Assembly (NCBI RefSeq): GCF_001194135.2
Contig: NC_068987.1
Location: 47,775,877 to 47,839,876, forward strand
Length of the DNA stretch: 64,000 nucleotides
Source of the DNA: Octopus bimaculoides
Lineage: Eukaryota
Reading direction: 5' to 3'
The notes below the pieces were generated by a model. That model was not told the origin of the DNA, searched no databases, and worked only from the letters and a program-made list of their open reading frames with translations. Below, piece after piece: positions 12,291 through 25,693 of the stretch. A program made the position numbers and the translations under genes. Each line of letters opens with the position of its first letter. Positions within the stretch are counted from its first letter, which is position 1.

Positions 12291-12734
12291 GTTCTGTTTC
12301 CACCTTCTTGGTCCCCTGCTGACCAAAGCCTTGTGAGTGGATTTGGTAGATGGAAACTTAAAGAAGCCCATTGTATATATATGTGTATGTGTGTCTGTGT
12401 TTGTTCCCCCAACATTGCTTGACAACCGATGCTGGTGTTTACATCCCCGTAACTTAGCAGTTTGGCAAAAGAGACCGATAGAATAAGTGCTAGGCTTACA
12501 AAGAATAAATCTCAGGGTCGATTTGCTCAACTGAAGGTGATGCTCCAGCATGGCCACAGTCAAATGACAAACAAATAAATGGTATATATATATATATATA
12601 TTAGGAAGGGCATCCAGCCGTAGAAACTCTGCCAAATCAGATTGGAGCCTGGTGTAGCCATCTAGTTTCACCAGTCCTCAGTCAAATCGTCCGACCCATG
12701 CTAGCATGGAAAGCGGACGTCAAACGACGATGAT

Positions 12735-13086
12735 GATATCGTGGTACTCCAACAGTTAACAGAACAGCATGCTTGTGAAATTAATGTACAAAGTGGCCGA
12801 GCACACCACAGACATGTGTACCCTTAACATAGTTCTTGGGGAGATTCAGCATGACACAGAGTGTGACAGGGCTGGCCCTTTGAAATACAGGTACAACAGA
12901 AACAGGAAGAAAGAGTGAGAGAAAGTTGTGGTGAAAGAGTATAGCAGGGTTCGCCACCACTCCCTGCTGGAGCCTTGTGGAGCTTTAGGTGTTTTCGCTC
13001 AATAAATACTCACAACGCCCGGTCTGTGAATTGAAGCTGCAATCCTACGACCACGAGTCTGCTGCCCTAGCCACTGGGCCATTGCA
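12735..13086 (-). mobile_element. tRNA-derived SINE (third family)
   Basis: Minus 5' end tggcccagtggctagggc (A box) ... gcttcaattc (B-box-like), then about 280 bp of unique body. Confidence 0.6.
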
Positions 13087-14281
13087 CTTCAACACACACA
13101 CACATACACATATATAGCATCTTTCTGTTCCCCACTCCATTAAATCCACCCACAAGGTTGGCCTAGGGCTATAATAGAAGACACTTGCCTAAGATGTCAT
13201 GCTGTGAGACTGGACTCAAAACTGGGTGGTTGAGAAGTGAACTTTTTAACCACATGGCTATGCTAATGAGTGTGTGTCTGTCTGTCTGTCTACAAATGAT
13301 ATATCAAGAGAGATAAATACATTAAAGAGATGGTTATTTCTGGATGTTACATTATCAGCTTTTAGAATTGCACAGCCAAGTCTTGTAATTGTTACCAGAA
13401 CAGTTTTGAAGAATTATATTCTACAGAAAGTTAATCTCAGTATACTCTTCCTTTTCTTTTCCTTCCCATTCTTTGGTTCTCTTGTAAAAACAAATAGCTT
13501 TGGTTTCTCCATCAAAGGATTCAAGAATTAATTTTCATTTCCCCACCCTCTTCCTTCAGAAATCAATAAGACTAATATCATTTCATTATTTGAGAGGGAG
13601 TAGCTTATTTATCATAGCTGACTGAGTTTTCATTTCGTGGACATAGGAATTATTGATTTTATGTTGTATTTATAGAGTCAGATCAAAGTCCTGGATTTTC
13701 ATCATTATTCTACAATTTTAACTTGTTCATTCAAATATTTTTCATTTTTCTGTTGTTTTTACAGCATCAAAAAAATTTTTTTTAATAGAACAACTTACCA
13801 TAATATTAAATTGATTTGAACCTGCATGTGTGCCTCTATTTTACTTTTGGCCTTTCTTACAGATATTTCTCAAAACTATTGTCTTCATTAACAGCAACAG
13901 CAGCATTGTCATCATTATGATTGCATTCTCCATCATCATCATCATCAACATTGTCATCATTTTATTTATTTGTTTATTTGTTTTGCCAGCTAGGTTTGAA
14001 CAGGAAAAGGTGAACCTGATTAGCAATTAAGGTATTGAGCTTTCAAATAGTGGGATTGAGGGTTCAAGTTTGCATGAAACGTTGTATTGTCTTCATTAGT
14101 TGGGCAATTAATTCTGTTAACTTAGTTTTCACCTAATTATTTGGAATAAGTGTTAGACCTTTCAGAAAATTATTTGCGAGAGTCTATCATTTTATACAGT
14201 GAAAGATACTTTGAAATTAGAACTAAGAAATGGCAATTTCTTTTCATCTTTTATGAACATTTGAATTTTTTATGGGGTTAA

Positions 14282-14508
14282 CCCTTTTGCTATTATATTT
14301 CTTCTGAAGTACACTGTCTTTGTTTCAAATAATTTTGAAAATATTGAAGAGTTTAATAAAATAACTTTGTCATTATCAAGATGGTGTTTGGAACATAAAC
14401 GACATGAAATTTTGATGGAAGGTTTTAATTTACATCAGTTTTAAAACAGGAAGCTTGTATTAGAAAAGCTTTGTACCATAGGACTAAGAGAGGTTGGTAT
14501 CAAAAGGG
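14282..14508. mobile_element. piggyBac-type MITE
   Basis: TTAA|CCCTTTTG ... CAAAAGGG|TTAA, i.e. TIRs with a TTAA target duplication. Confidence 0.75.
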
Positions 14509-14699
14509 TTAACAGTCTGCAATATCATATTTTTCCATACATTTTGAACTTATATCATTTTATCTGTGATCTGCAAGACCATTATATTTTGGGAAGCTAA
14601 CCACAATTCTTTAGAATACTCCACAAAATTTGTACAGCTTTATGACAAGAGTGTGAAACTAATATTAATAGCATAACTTCATAATTGGTGTAACTTAGA

Positions 14700-15035
14700 T
14701 TGGTTTCAGCCATTATCGGCTCAGGCTATGACTAACTCAATAGCACCACCTGGAAAAGTCTTTTAATTAATTATTTTGGGACACTATAGACCACTCAAGC
14801 AGAGAGTTGTTGGCTGAGACATATCCAGGTGTAGGTGGTTTGTTCGGTATTTCCTGGAAGAATTTGTCCAGGTACCATTTGAAAGTTGTTGGATCTTTTT
14901 CTACTTCAATTTTTTTCGGGATAACATTGAAAAGAGCAGGACCATTTGCAGTGAAGAAATTGTGCCACAATGTTCTTGTGATGTAATCTCAACCTTTGTA
15001 GGGGATGCATTGCGCAGAGACTTAGTCTTGGGTAA
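14700..15035 (-). mobile_element. CR1/L2-group LINE 3' end
   Basis: ORF 14767-14970 (FTANGPALFNVIPK...FKWYLDKFFQEIPNKPPTPGY...NNSL) is a typical LINE ORF2 terminus. Confidence 0.65.
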
Positions 15036-15614
15036 ATTTTCATACTTGTGTAAAATTACTACTCCTATACCACTTGCAGTAGCATCTGATGTTAGTACTA
15101 TTTTTATCAAAGTGCAATAATGACAGCTCTGATGTTAAAACTTTTTTTATTTCTTCAAACGCTTTTTGACACCTGTCTAACCAATACAGTTTTACACCTT
15201 TTTTCAATAGGTTGTTTAGGGGTGCTCTTAGCTCATGCATGTTTGGTATGTATGTTTGATAATAGTTCGCAAGCCCAAAGAATGCTTGTAATGTTGTAAT
15301 ATTTTTTGGGGGTAGGCATATTTTTTATTGCTGTTGGTCTTGAAGGATCTGGCCTGCAACCATTTTCATCAATAACTTGCCCAAGATACTTTATTTCTGG
15401 CATGAAAAATTTGCATTTTTCCTTGCTAAGTTTGAATCAATACTCCTTTATCTTCTCAAAAACCATTTTAACTTGTTCCTCATGCTGGCCTTTAGATTCA
15501 CTTTTTATGAGTATGTCATCCAAATATGCTATAGCGAAATCCATATCTGCCACCTTTATTCTGAAAGGAAGTCGAATGAATCTATATAACCCTTTATNNN
15601 NNNNNNNGTTAAAC

Positions 15615-15661
<47 letters not shown>

Positions 15662-17545
15662 GTGTTTAGCATTCATAATTTCAAACTTTCTTCCTCAACT
15701 TGTAACTGTAAATACGTCTCCAACAAGTCCAGTTTTGAGAAGAATTTTCCTCCATTGAGTTTTGTGTAAATTTCCTCTGGGCTTGGATCATGGATAATTG
15801 TATGTCCTTAAACATTCATTCAAACTTGTTGAAAAGTCCACGCATACTCGTATTTTGTTATTGTTTTTCTTTACATAAACAGTTGGTGCTGCCCATTCTG
15901 AATAATCCACTTTTTTTATAACTCCCAGCTTATCTAGCCTATCTAATTCCTTGCTGACTTGATTCAATGCTGTGAAAGATACAGCTTGCTTCAGTTTTAA
16001 ATACCAGTACAACATTTTCTTTTACTTGAAATTTTACTTTTGTCTTGGTGCATCTACCTAATTCTTCCAAAAAAACATCAGGAAAAATCTTTTTTAATTT
16101 CTTTTTTGAATCTTCCAACACCTTATTTGAACTGGTGCTATAACCGTTTACATTATTGCAAAAAATATTTATGGGGAGGTTCCATAAATTAAACAGTTCT
16201 ATCTAATCTGTGCCAAAAAGGTTCATCTTATTTTCTGATACAAAAACTTTAGACTTCGAAGTTTTCCCATGAAATTTTACCTCACTAATCATGTTGCCCA
16301 AAAATTATAACTATTTTCCTGAGCTGCCTCTTGCCATTTTCACAGTTTTTTTCAATATAGGCCTTCCTATTTTTTCCATATATCCTCATTAATTATTGTG
16401 ATGTCACTACCTGTGTCCAACTGTAGTTTCGTATTCACATTATTTATTTTTATAAAGACAAATTTTCTTTTTTTGTGCTTCGCTTTGCATTTGTTTTGAC
16501 AATATTTTTTTCTCGAATTTTTTACATTTGACCTTTTTTGGTTTCACCCAACAATGTGAATTTTTGTGTCCAATTTTCTCACATCCAAAACATTTTAAAT
16601 TCTTAAAAGGACAGTTTCTTTTGAAATGTATTTCTCCACATGTTATGGATGTGGAGAAATACAACATGATTTGGGTCTGGACTGTTATTTTTTTATTTTT
16701 TCCTATCTAAATATACAAATGTATATTTAAATAATCTTTTTAAATTTTTTCTGCATCTTGTAGATTTATAATTCTTTGGCATTCTTCAGCCACTATTTGT
16801 AGAGTTAGTTTTGAATCTTGTTCAAGATTTGTCAATATTCAAGCCCTTATCTCTGCATCTTTACTTGCTGTTAATCCTTGTACAAAGATTAAACATTTAA
16901 ACATGTCTGGGCTTAATTCGGCGAGTTTAAATTTTTCACATTCTCTATTTACGATTCCAGCATATGTGACAAAATCTTCTGGTTTTTTTTTTTTCAAATT
17001 CAAACACTCCCAGTGAATATTAAATAGTGAACTTCTTTCACTCAATATTTTAGATAATAGTTTAATTGTTTCCTTGAAACAAATTTTGGATGGTTTTCTT
17101 AGCAAGATGTAATTAACAAAACTTTTCATGTTCTGCTGGTGACAGTTTCTTTAAACGAAGACATACCTTCTTTTTTGTCCATCCAACTTTTACACTCTTC
17201 CTTGAAGATCCCTTCATACCTTCTGAAGTATGCAGAAAATGTAATCCTTTCTTCCAGATTATATGTGAATTCAATTAAATTAGCAACTGCATCTGCTGAA
17301 AACAAACTTGAAGTGTTTTTTAACTGCAACAATAATTCCAACAACTGTTGATTTTGCTGTTGTAGTTGCTGTTGTACCCATTCTTGCTGTTTCAGTTGTT
17401 ATTGTTGCTGCTGTACTTCTCGTTGCAACTATTGTTGCTGCTGCTCTTGTTGTTGTTGTAGTTGTTGTTGCAACTAAACCAGGGAAGCTAATAGGTCTTC
17501 CATGCTAAGAACGTCCACCATGAGCTTCAAACATCATGTTGCCAC
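15036..17545 (-). mobile_element. Ty3/Gypsy LTR retrotransposon internal region, degenerate, integrase missing
   Basis: In order on the minus strand: poly-Q gag start (ATG at 17503), CCHC knuckles (CGEIHFKRNC, CFGCEKIGHKNSHC), protease QLDTG, RT (WAAPTVYVKK, LPF, YLDDILI), RNase H start (DATASGIGVV). Frameshifts and stops throughout. Confidence 0.9.
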
Positions 17546-17791
17546 TGTTGTGCCTTGTCAACACTGTTAATGTCCTTCTTTGAACTCACTGTATATACCA
17601 CTTTATAACGTGGACTTATAACAAGGTTCAGAAACAACATGTAACAAACAATGTCTCTTCTCAACTGTCTTCACAAAGCGCCTGCACACGCCATACTGTC
17701 CTTCATTGACAGTGTTCATGCAGTGTATTTCAACAGAAAGATGGTAACAAATGGGTCAAAGTACTTATCTCTGTCAAACAGCTGAACAACA
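17546..17791 (-). mobile_element. Putative 5' LTR of the Gypsy element (246 bp)
   Basis: Termini TGTTGT...ACAACA, followed on the minus strand by g-TGGCAAC, a PBS-like start. Confidence 0.6.
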
Positions 17792-18299
17792 TAAAGTCAT
17801 GCCTAAACACGTTGTATTCATATTTAATTTAAGAACTGAATTAGATTCTTGCTTATCCATAGTAGCTTAGATAAGGTTAAAGAAAATACAAAGATTTTTA
17901 ACCTTATCTAAGCAGTTTTTCATGATGATAAACACATCAGCCTTATACTGGAGTGTTTGTTTATCATAGTACTGAACATCTTATGCTCCCAATAATTTAT
18001 ATAATTCCTGACAAAAGTGAAGCCTAACATTAAGCCTATCAAAACAGTTTGAGGGGTTTCTTTGAATAATAAATTTGGTTTGTAATTGATCCTCAAATGA
18101 CATTGGCTATTCAATCAAAGAACATGCAAACTTTCTGCAGTAAAAATGGAGTGGGGTAAAATAAGATGTAATACAATATATTTGGGGATTTGCACTGGAA
18201 CACTAGGAAATAAGCTTTTATGGGAACTTAGAAGGTGACACTTTTAATAATTCTAAAGAGAGTTCTGATAATTAAATGGAATGTCTTCATCTCCTTATT

Positions 18300-19250
18300 G
18301 GTTAGCTTGTGTGCTGGTATGGTCATGTGATGCATATGGATGAGGACAGCTTCATAAAAAAGTGCCAATCTCTAATTGTGTAGGGAACCTGGGAAGGGAT
18401 AGATCCAAGAAGACATGGGACAAAGTGGTGAGAAAAGATCTCCAGATGTTGATTCTCACTAAGATGACAAGGGACCAAGACTTCTGGTGATTTACTATGT
18501 TTGAAAAGACATGCATATCAAGTTAAGTAAAATCCCACACTCTCACCACCCACTGCAGGCTCCTCCACTCACACTCACCTGCCTACCTGCACTCTTTCCA
18601 TGCCACCACATATCTACCATACACCCTCTCTACCACTTCTAATTCTTTTCACCATCACTTGCTATCTCTAAACATCTTCCCCTCACACTTTTATGGAACA
18701 TCCCCTCTAGTTCTACTAACCCCCATTATTCTCCATTATTCTCTCTCTCTCACTCCAACTATCTCTCTATCTTTCCCTCTAACTCTCTCCCACCTTCCTC
18801 TCCTTCCTTGTCCTACTGAGGGAGGTAGCCAAGTATCTCCTCGATTGTAAGAGGGCTACCTTTGTCCCTCTATCATACTCAAATCTCTTGGCTCCACTCC
18901 CTCTCTCAGTTGAGAAGTCCTTGTCTTGCGAGCTCTCAAGTGCTAGTGTCATGTAAAAAGCACCTCTGCTGAGGCCACTTAAAAAGGCACCCGTGCTGGT
19001 GTCACTTAAAAAGTACCTGTGTTGGTACCACGCATAAAGCACCTATGCTGGTGTCACATATAAAGCACTGATGCTGGTGCCATGTAAAAAGCACCCAGTA
19101 CACTCTGTAAAGTGGTTGGAACTAGGAAGAGCATCCAGCCATAGAAACCATGCCAAAACAGAGAACTGGAGACTGGTGCAGCTCTCCTGATTACCAGATC
19201 CTGTCAAACAGTCTAACTCATACCAGCATGGAAAACAGACGTTAAATGAT
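18300..19250 (+). mobile_element. Old RTE 3' end: ORF tail, repeat-rich 3' UTR and terminal tail
   Basis: tggtatggtcatgtg (WYGHV)...aagaagacatggga, then gctggtgtcac/aaaagcac subrepeats and an aggaagagcatccagcc...gttaaatgatgatg tail. Confidence 0.6.
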
Positions 19251-19429
19251 GATGCCTATAGTACTGAAACTGTGACCTCTCAATGTAGAGAAATAGCAAC
19301 TTGACCTGGAGAGACTCCCTGATCTTTGAGTCGTGCACCATGTCAAATAACATTACTCCAGAATTCCTTTGGAGGAACCCTATTTCAGCCATTAGTATCT
19401 GCGATCATGTTCTTTTGGTCATCACCCAG

Positions 19430-19690
19430 CATTCATGGTCATGTGATTAGAATGTCACAGGAAAGAATCGTAAGATGGTTTCTTCGAGTCAAGCCAAGCA
19501 GTAGGAAATGTTGGAGTAGCCCAAGAATGAGATGGTTGGATAACATACATAGTCTCAGTTGGTCATACTTGAGAATCTTACTGAAGGTCATTGACAATTG
19601 CTTCTGATGGGACCTATAGAGGAGGTACCTGAGGACTCTACTACCACAATTATCCTAGGGATAGTGGGCAGAGATGGCTGGATGGATAAT
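19430..19690 (+). mobile_element. RTE-like LINE 3' end, second family (another copy at about 21745-22010)
   Basis: GHVIRM...PRMRWLDNI, with the same downstream text (gggacctata...ctctactaccaca...gggatagtgggca) in both copies. Confidence 0.55.
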
Positions 19691-20017
19691 TAAATGGTTT
19701 ATATGACTTGATTTAATCTAATTCTCTCTGCAATCATATTTTTAAAGTTTAATTTGAGGAGGAGGTTGGACAGTGCCTAGTGCAAAAGTAGACTCTGTCA
19801 AAATGATGAAGTTAATATAATTGAGGTTTAGCTTCAATGTCTGTAGGTCAATAACAATTTGACTGAGTGGGTATTCCAGAGGGTTACAAGTCTGAAGAGG
19901 AAGAATTGAGTAAAAATATTTAAACGTGAAATATCAGCAGCATGTCATAACTATCTAGAAGTGAGCAAGATATCAACAGTCACACAGGCACAAACACATG
20001 CACACTCATGTACGTGC

Positions 20018-20053
<36 letters not shown>

Positions 20054-21577
20054 ACACTGCCAACCCTCACTGGTTTCTAAGCAAGACAATATTTGCCCAT
20101 GGTCTGACATATTTCACAAAAAATTGGAAATAAAGGACTACGACTGTTCTACGATATCAAAATCTGGAACCACAAACACACACACACACACACACAGCTA
20201 TCTTCTTTTGGTTATATTTTCCAAATTGCAGGCTTTAGTCATAACAGTAGAAGACATTTGCCCGAGATACTAGGCAGTGGATTGAACCTGAAACCACATG
20301 TCTAGCAAACTAGTTTCTTAAACACAGCCCACAGCCTATGGATTGAAATATATTGTGAGGAGGAGTTAGTTAGGTATATTCAATGGTGTTCATTTGGATG
20401 AACTCAAGTGTGAAAGGGGTTTCTAGTTTATGTACTTTATACAAATCCCCAAAATATAATTTGGTGAAAATGTAATGAGATCCTTTATTAGTTTGAATAA
20501 CGACATTATTGATTACAGTAATGATGTTATTGATTGCAACATGTTGGGTCAAGTATATATTTGTGTGTGTGTAGAATATAAAGAAAGTCAGAAGGTATGT
20601 GATGAATATATTTATTTCACCAGTTGATATCCATAAGACTACGATTGTTTTGCTGTCAACATAATTTATTATAGTGTTTAATAAATTATTTTACATGTCT
20701 GCACTAGTGTATATGCTTTAAATTACATAGTACTATTGTACATTTTACAAGCTAATACAGATCCATAGAATATCATGGTTACATTGATTCTTCAATCATC
20801 TTCATTTAATACCTGCTATATATGCTGGTATGAATTAGATGGTTTGACAGGAGCTGGCAGATCAGAGGCCTGCACCAAGCTCTTCTGTCTGTTTTAGCAT
20901 GGTTTCTATGGCTGGATGCCGTTCCTAATTTGTCAACCGCTTTACAGAGTGTACTGAGTACTTTTCATGTGGCACCAGCACCAGCAAGGTCACTCAATAA
21001 CTTGCAAGACAAGATGCCTCAACTGAGAGGAGATGAGTATTGAGTGCCTGATGAGGAGAGAGTAGAGTATGATAAAAGGACAGAAACAGATATCTTGCAG
21101 TAGATGAGATACATGGCTAACCCTGGTGGAAAAAAAGTGGAAAGAATGAGAGAAGGTGAAGAAGATATCAGAATGTGCCCTCAAATTACAGGGAGAAGTA
21201 TATAAGTTAAGTGGTAGAGAGGATTAGATAGGGTGGGCAGGAAAGTTTGTGAGAGTGTGAAAGAAGAATGAGAGATGGTGGGGAGACGAATGCAGTGAGT
21301 GAACATAGGTGCCAGAAGTAATGGTTTTGTGAGTGTATGTGTGCATGCATGTGTGTGTGTAAATAATTATCATCATCATTCATTTTTCTCTGCAGGTTTT
21401 GTGGCTTTCGTTATGCCAGCTTGCAGTAGAAACTACCCTCAATCTTACCACTGTAACATTCTTGTGCTAGTATATAGCTGTGCTGGTACATCACATCACA
21501 CCATACCTCCATACCCACAGTCATCATCCTTCTATATATTAGCTGATGGACTCAATGATTGTTTGTGTGTTTTTCAG

Positions 21578-21660
21578 GTGCTGTTGTCCACCTGTTATGT
21601 CGAAATACAGAGAGAGCTGAGACAATTAAAGATCAAATTAAACAGACCACAGGAAATGAG
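21578..21660 (+). CDS. DHRS12: DHRS12-like coding exon
   Basis: ttttcag|GT...GAAATGAG|gtaaga. Reads (G)AVVHLLCRNTERAETIKDQIKQTTGNE. Phase matches the previous exon. Arg after beta-B (LCR) suggests NADP(H) preference. Confidence 0.92.
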
Positions 21661-22548
21661 GTAAGATTTCATTTGATATGCTATGTGGACATTTTATTTT
21701 CATTTTAAAATTTACAACTCCACTGCATTGAAAGGTTACAGCTCCAGTACATGTGATTAGAATGTTGCAAGAAAGAATTGCAAGAGAGATTCTTCAAGCC
21801 CAGCCAGCTGGCAGGAGACCAAGGGGTAGAGCAAGAATGAGATGGTTGGTTGGATAATATTGATAGTTGTAGTTGATCACTCTTGGAAATCCAACTTGAA
21901 AGTACAATGATAGATGCTTTTGATTGGACCCTATAAAGGAGATGCCTGAGGGCTCTACCACCACAACCCTCCCAGGAATAATGGGCATAGAAAGTTGAGT
22001 GGATGGATGGAATTTACAACAAATTTTGACAAATCTTTTATTGTAATAGTGACTTTGTACTAGACAGTATTCCTAGTCTTTCCTCCTCAGAGCATCAATC
22101 CTCTTGAATCTTCTCTTTGGTCATGTCGTTCCTGCAAGTGTTGAGTTGCAATAAAAACATTAATGGTACAAAGCTTGCCAGTCCCAGAGGCCCTTTGAAA
22201 GATATGGGCACTGTCCTTTCGTTCATTAAGTAAAATAAAAGAAAAAAGAAAATATTACTAATACTTATTTTGTCAACTTCAGAAAGGTGATATAGTCAGT
22301 CATTGACTCTGGCATGATTTGAACTCAATACTTAAAGGGATATGACTGAATACTAAGAATCATTTAATCAGATGCTCTACTAATTATGTTAATGCATATT
22401 TCTCTAGTACAACAATAGTGACATCAGCAAAATAACAAGTGGCATTAGCAACAGTAACAACAATAGCTAAGTCAAATACATTATTCAAAAAGTAAATTTA
22501 CTTTATACATACACACATATATATACATACATACACATACACACACAC

Positions 22549-22609
<61 letters not shown>

Positions 22610-22634
22610 NNNNNNNNNNNNNNNNNNNNNNNNN

Positions 22635-22707
<73 letters not shown>

Positions 22708-23329
22708 CACACATATATACACATACACACACACACACATACATATACACATATAAACACATACAAGTACGTAATTCTTTAATGGGATATATTCATTTAA
22801 CATTTCTTTCTTAGATTCATAAAATGCCCAAGCTGAAGCAGATGTAAAACCTCCATCATTGCATTCAGACAATCTCTGCTGGCAACAATGAGAGATGAGA
22901 GATGTGTTAGCATATATTACAAAGTGCCACTGCTTTACCTCCTTAGTTCTTCAACTCTTTGACATTGGTTCTGAGCTTTTCTCTGAAGAATTGCAGTATG
23001 CAATGAATTCTATATTCAATAGTTTCTGAGTTTCTTTGTTTTTTGTTTTTTTTTTCTTCCCCATTTGTCTCCTGTCAATCCTGTCTTTTGCTTCTGTCAA
23101 TCTTTCTTGTCTTAATTCTTTTGGTCTTTTGTGATTTTCATTGTTACTTTCTGCTTTCTTTCTCACTCATCCCTTTATTATCTTTCTAGCTTTCTTTTTC
23201 CTTTTTTCCCCCCACTTTTCTTCTATCTAATCTATCTATTTTGTGTCTGTCTGCCTATCTGTCTGTCAGTTTCTCTCTATCTCTTTGCTCTTCTTTCTTG
23301 CTGTTATTTACACTTCTTGCTTTCCATTG

Positions 23330-23330
<1 letters not shown>

Positions 23331-23414
<84 letters not shown>
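23331..23414. repeat. (CT)n microsatellite, representative of many (TA)n, (CA)n, (ATT)n and (GAT)n tracts
   Basis: Direct reading of the sequence. Confidence 0.95.
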
Positions 23415-23417
<3 letters not shown>

Positions 23418-25160
23418 CTGTTATCTGAACTCGTGGCTTTTTCTCTCTCTTTCTTTCCATATCTTTCTTTCTTTCTTATTGTCTTCAGCTTCTTATTTAT
23501 ATTTTGTTGCTAAGATTCTTTTGTTAAACTCAGAAATATTTAAATAACTAACAATATCAGTTAATAGATAAACAAAGAAACAAACTAGTAAATAAAAAGA
23601 GAAAGATATATGAATTAATCATTGGAAAGTTGCTTAAAAAATGAGATGCTATTTTCTCTTCAGTGGACTGTTTGAATAAAATTTTTATTTCTGTAGGACT
23701 ACAATAACAATAATGACAATAGTATTGAACAAATAAAAGAAGTAATTCGAATGGAACAGTCAACTTTCTTTTGTATTTGATACATTTGTATCTGATATTT
23801 TGTATTTGATATTCTCGAATTATGATCTGTACATATATTCCCTTTTCTCACATTAAAGTTCACCTAATTCCCCAACCCCCACTTCCATATATGTCCATAC
23901 TCCTCCCTTGCATTGATGTTCTAACTTCTCAAGATTTATACTTAACTTCAGATAAAATAGGCACAAGCATAGCTGTATAGTTAAGAAGCTTGCTTCCCAA
24001 CTATGTTGTCTTGGGTTCAGTCCCACTGCATGGAACATTGGGCACATGTCTTGTACTATAAGCCTGGGCTGACCAAAGCCTAGTAAGTGAATTTGGTAAA
24101 TGGGAACTGGAAGAAGCTTGGTGTGTGTGCGTGCATGCATGAGTTTACCCTTGTCTTCACATCATATGATGATTGTAAACATGCATCACCATTACACAAG
24201 CAATGATGTTTATTTCTAACCTTCTAAGAAAAACACAATAAACCTTAAGAAATATTACTTTGCCTTAAAATGAGTCACAGTTGGTGACAGGAAGGACATC
24301 CAGCTGTAGAAAATCTGCCTCAACAAATTTTATTTAATCCATACGAGCATAGAAAAGTGGACATTATATGATGATCATAATTAAAAATTAGTCAAAATTC
24401 ATTTTCATGCCTATTATAATGGCTTGAACTCAGGGTTGAACTCAAGGTGGCAGTGGGGTGTAATGATTATTTTCTTAGAGTATCTAGGATAAGTAACCTA
24501 ACAAAGTCAGCTATCTCAAACCCATCATAACTTCCCATGCCTTCATGAAAAATTGCATTTAAAGCTACAGCCTGAGTATCTATCGACAGAAAAACCAATC
24601 TGTGGCTCATAGCTATAATAGAAGACACTTATCCAAGGTTCCACACAGTGGGACTGAACCTGAAATTGTGTGGTTGGGAAGCATTTTTTTCTTCCAAAAT
24701 ATGATGTGCATTAATATTATTGATTTGGAAAAGCCTGCAAGAATCAGAATGCTACTCTGACTAAATAATTATAGAAATCAAACCAGTGAATGCATTCCTA
24801 CACAGACTTATTACCTGTGAGAAATTGTGGTCAAATCTGCCATAGATCACATCATACCATTTTAAATAAAGGAAGGACACATGCATGACTGAATGGTTGT
24901 CAGTTTATTTCACTATTAGGAGATCCTGGATATAAGCAACATACGTAGAACTGTTAAAATAGACTCTTCAGTGCCAGAAATAACTGGAAAACTGGAGTGC
25001 AGAAGCTTCCCAGAGTGATTGACCTTCATCTTCATCTATCTCTATTATCCTTGTGTGTGTGAGATTCTCACATACCACTTGGTTAGCTATTCATCAGAAA
25101 TAAGTCTATACATCCACTTTTATGTCTATGTTGGACCACAGGTTATTATTACATATGCAT

Positions 25161-25693
25161 TGCCTCACCACCTCAGGAAGACCTGGGCTGAGGTGGTGAG
25201 GCAAGACCTTCGTACATTGGGCCTCACCGAGGCGATGACTACTGACCGAGACCTTTGGAAATGTGCTGTGCGTGAGAAGACCTGGCAAGCCAAGTAAGAT
25301 CGTTGCCAGTGCCCCTGGACTGGCTCTTGTGCGGGTGGCACATGAGATGCACCATTTTGAGCGTGGCCGTTGCCAGTACTGCCTGACTGGCTCCCGTAGG
25401 ATTTTCGAACGAGATCGTTGCCAGTGCCCCTGGACTGGCTTGTGCGGGTGGCACATAAAAGACACCATTTCGAGCGTGGCCGTTGCCAGTATCGCCTGAC
25501 TGGCCTTCGTGCAGGTGACACGTAAAAGCACCTACTACACTCTCTGAGTGGTTGGCGTTAGGAAGGGCATCCAGTTGTAGAAACTCTGCCAAATTTAGAT
25601 TGGAGCCTGGTGTTGCCATCCGGTTTCACCAGTCCTCAGTCAAGTCGTCCAACCCATGCTAGCATGGAAAGCAGACGTTAAACGATGATGATG
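25161..25693 (+). mobile_element. Young 5'-truncated RTE insertion
   Basis: RKTWAEVVRQDLRTLGLTEAMTTDRDLWKCAVREKTWQAK*, then a hairpin-repeat 3' UTR and the ggaagggcatccag...gttaaacgatgatgatg tail. Confidence 0.85.

Noticed and set aside
22983-23030. CTGAAGA-attgca gta tgcaat-GAAT hammerhead-like motif
   Set aside because: A15.1 is missing and no stem I forms.
22481-23547. ORFs rich in YI, CV, HT or SL dipeptides
   Set aside because: They are translations of (TA)n, (TG)n, (CA)n and (CT)n microsatellites.
25300-25530. Regularly spaced hairpin repeats resembling a CRISPR array
   Set aside because: The spacers are themselves repeated, the context is a eukaryotic LINE 3' UTR, and there are no cas genes.
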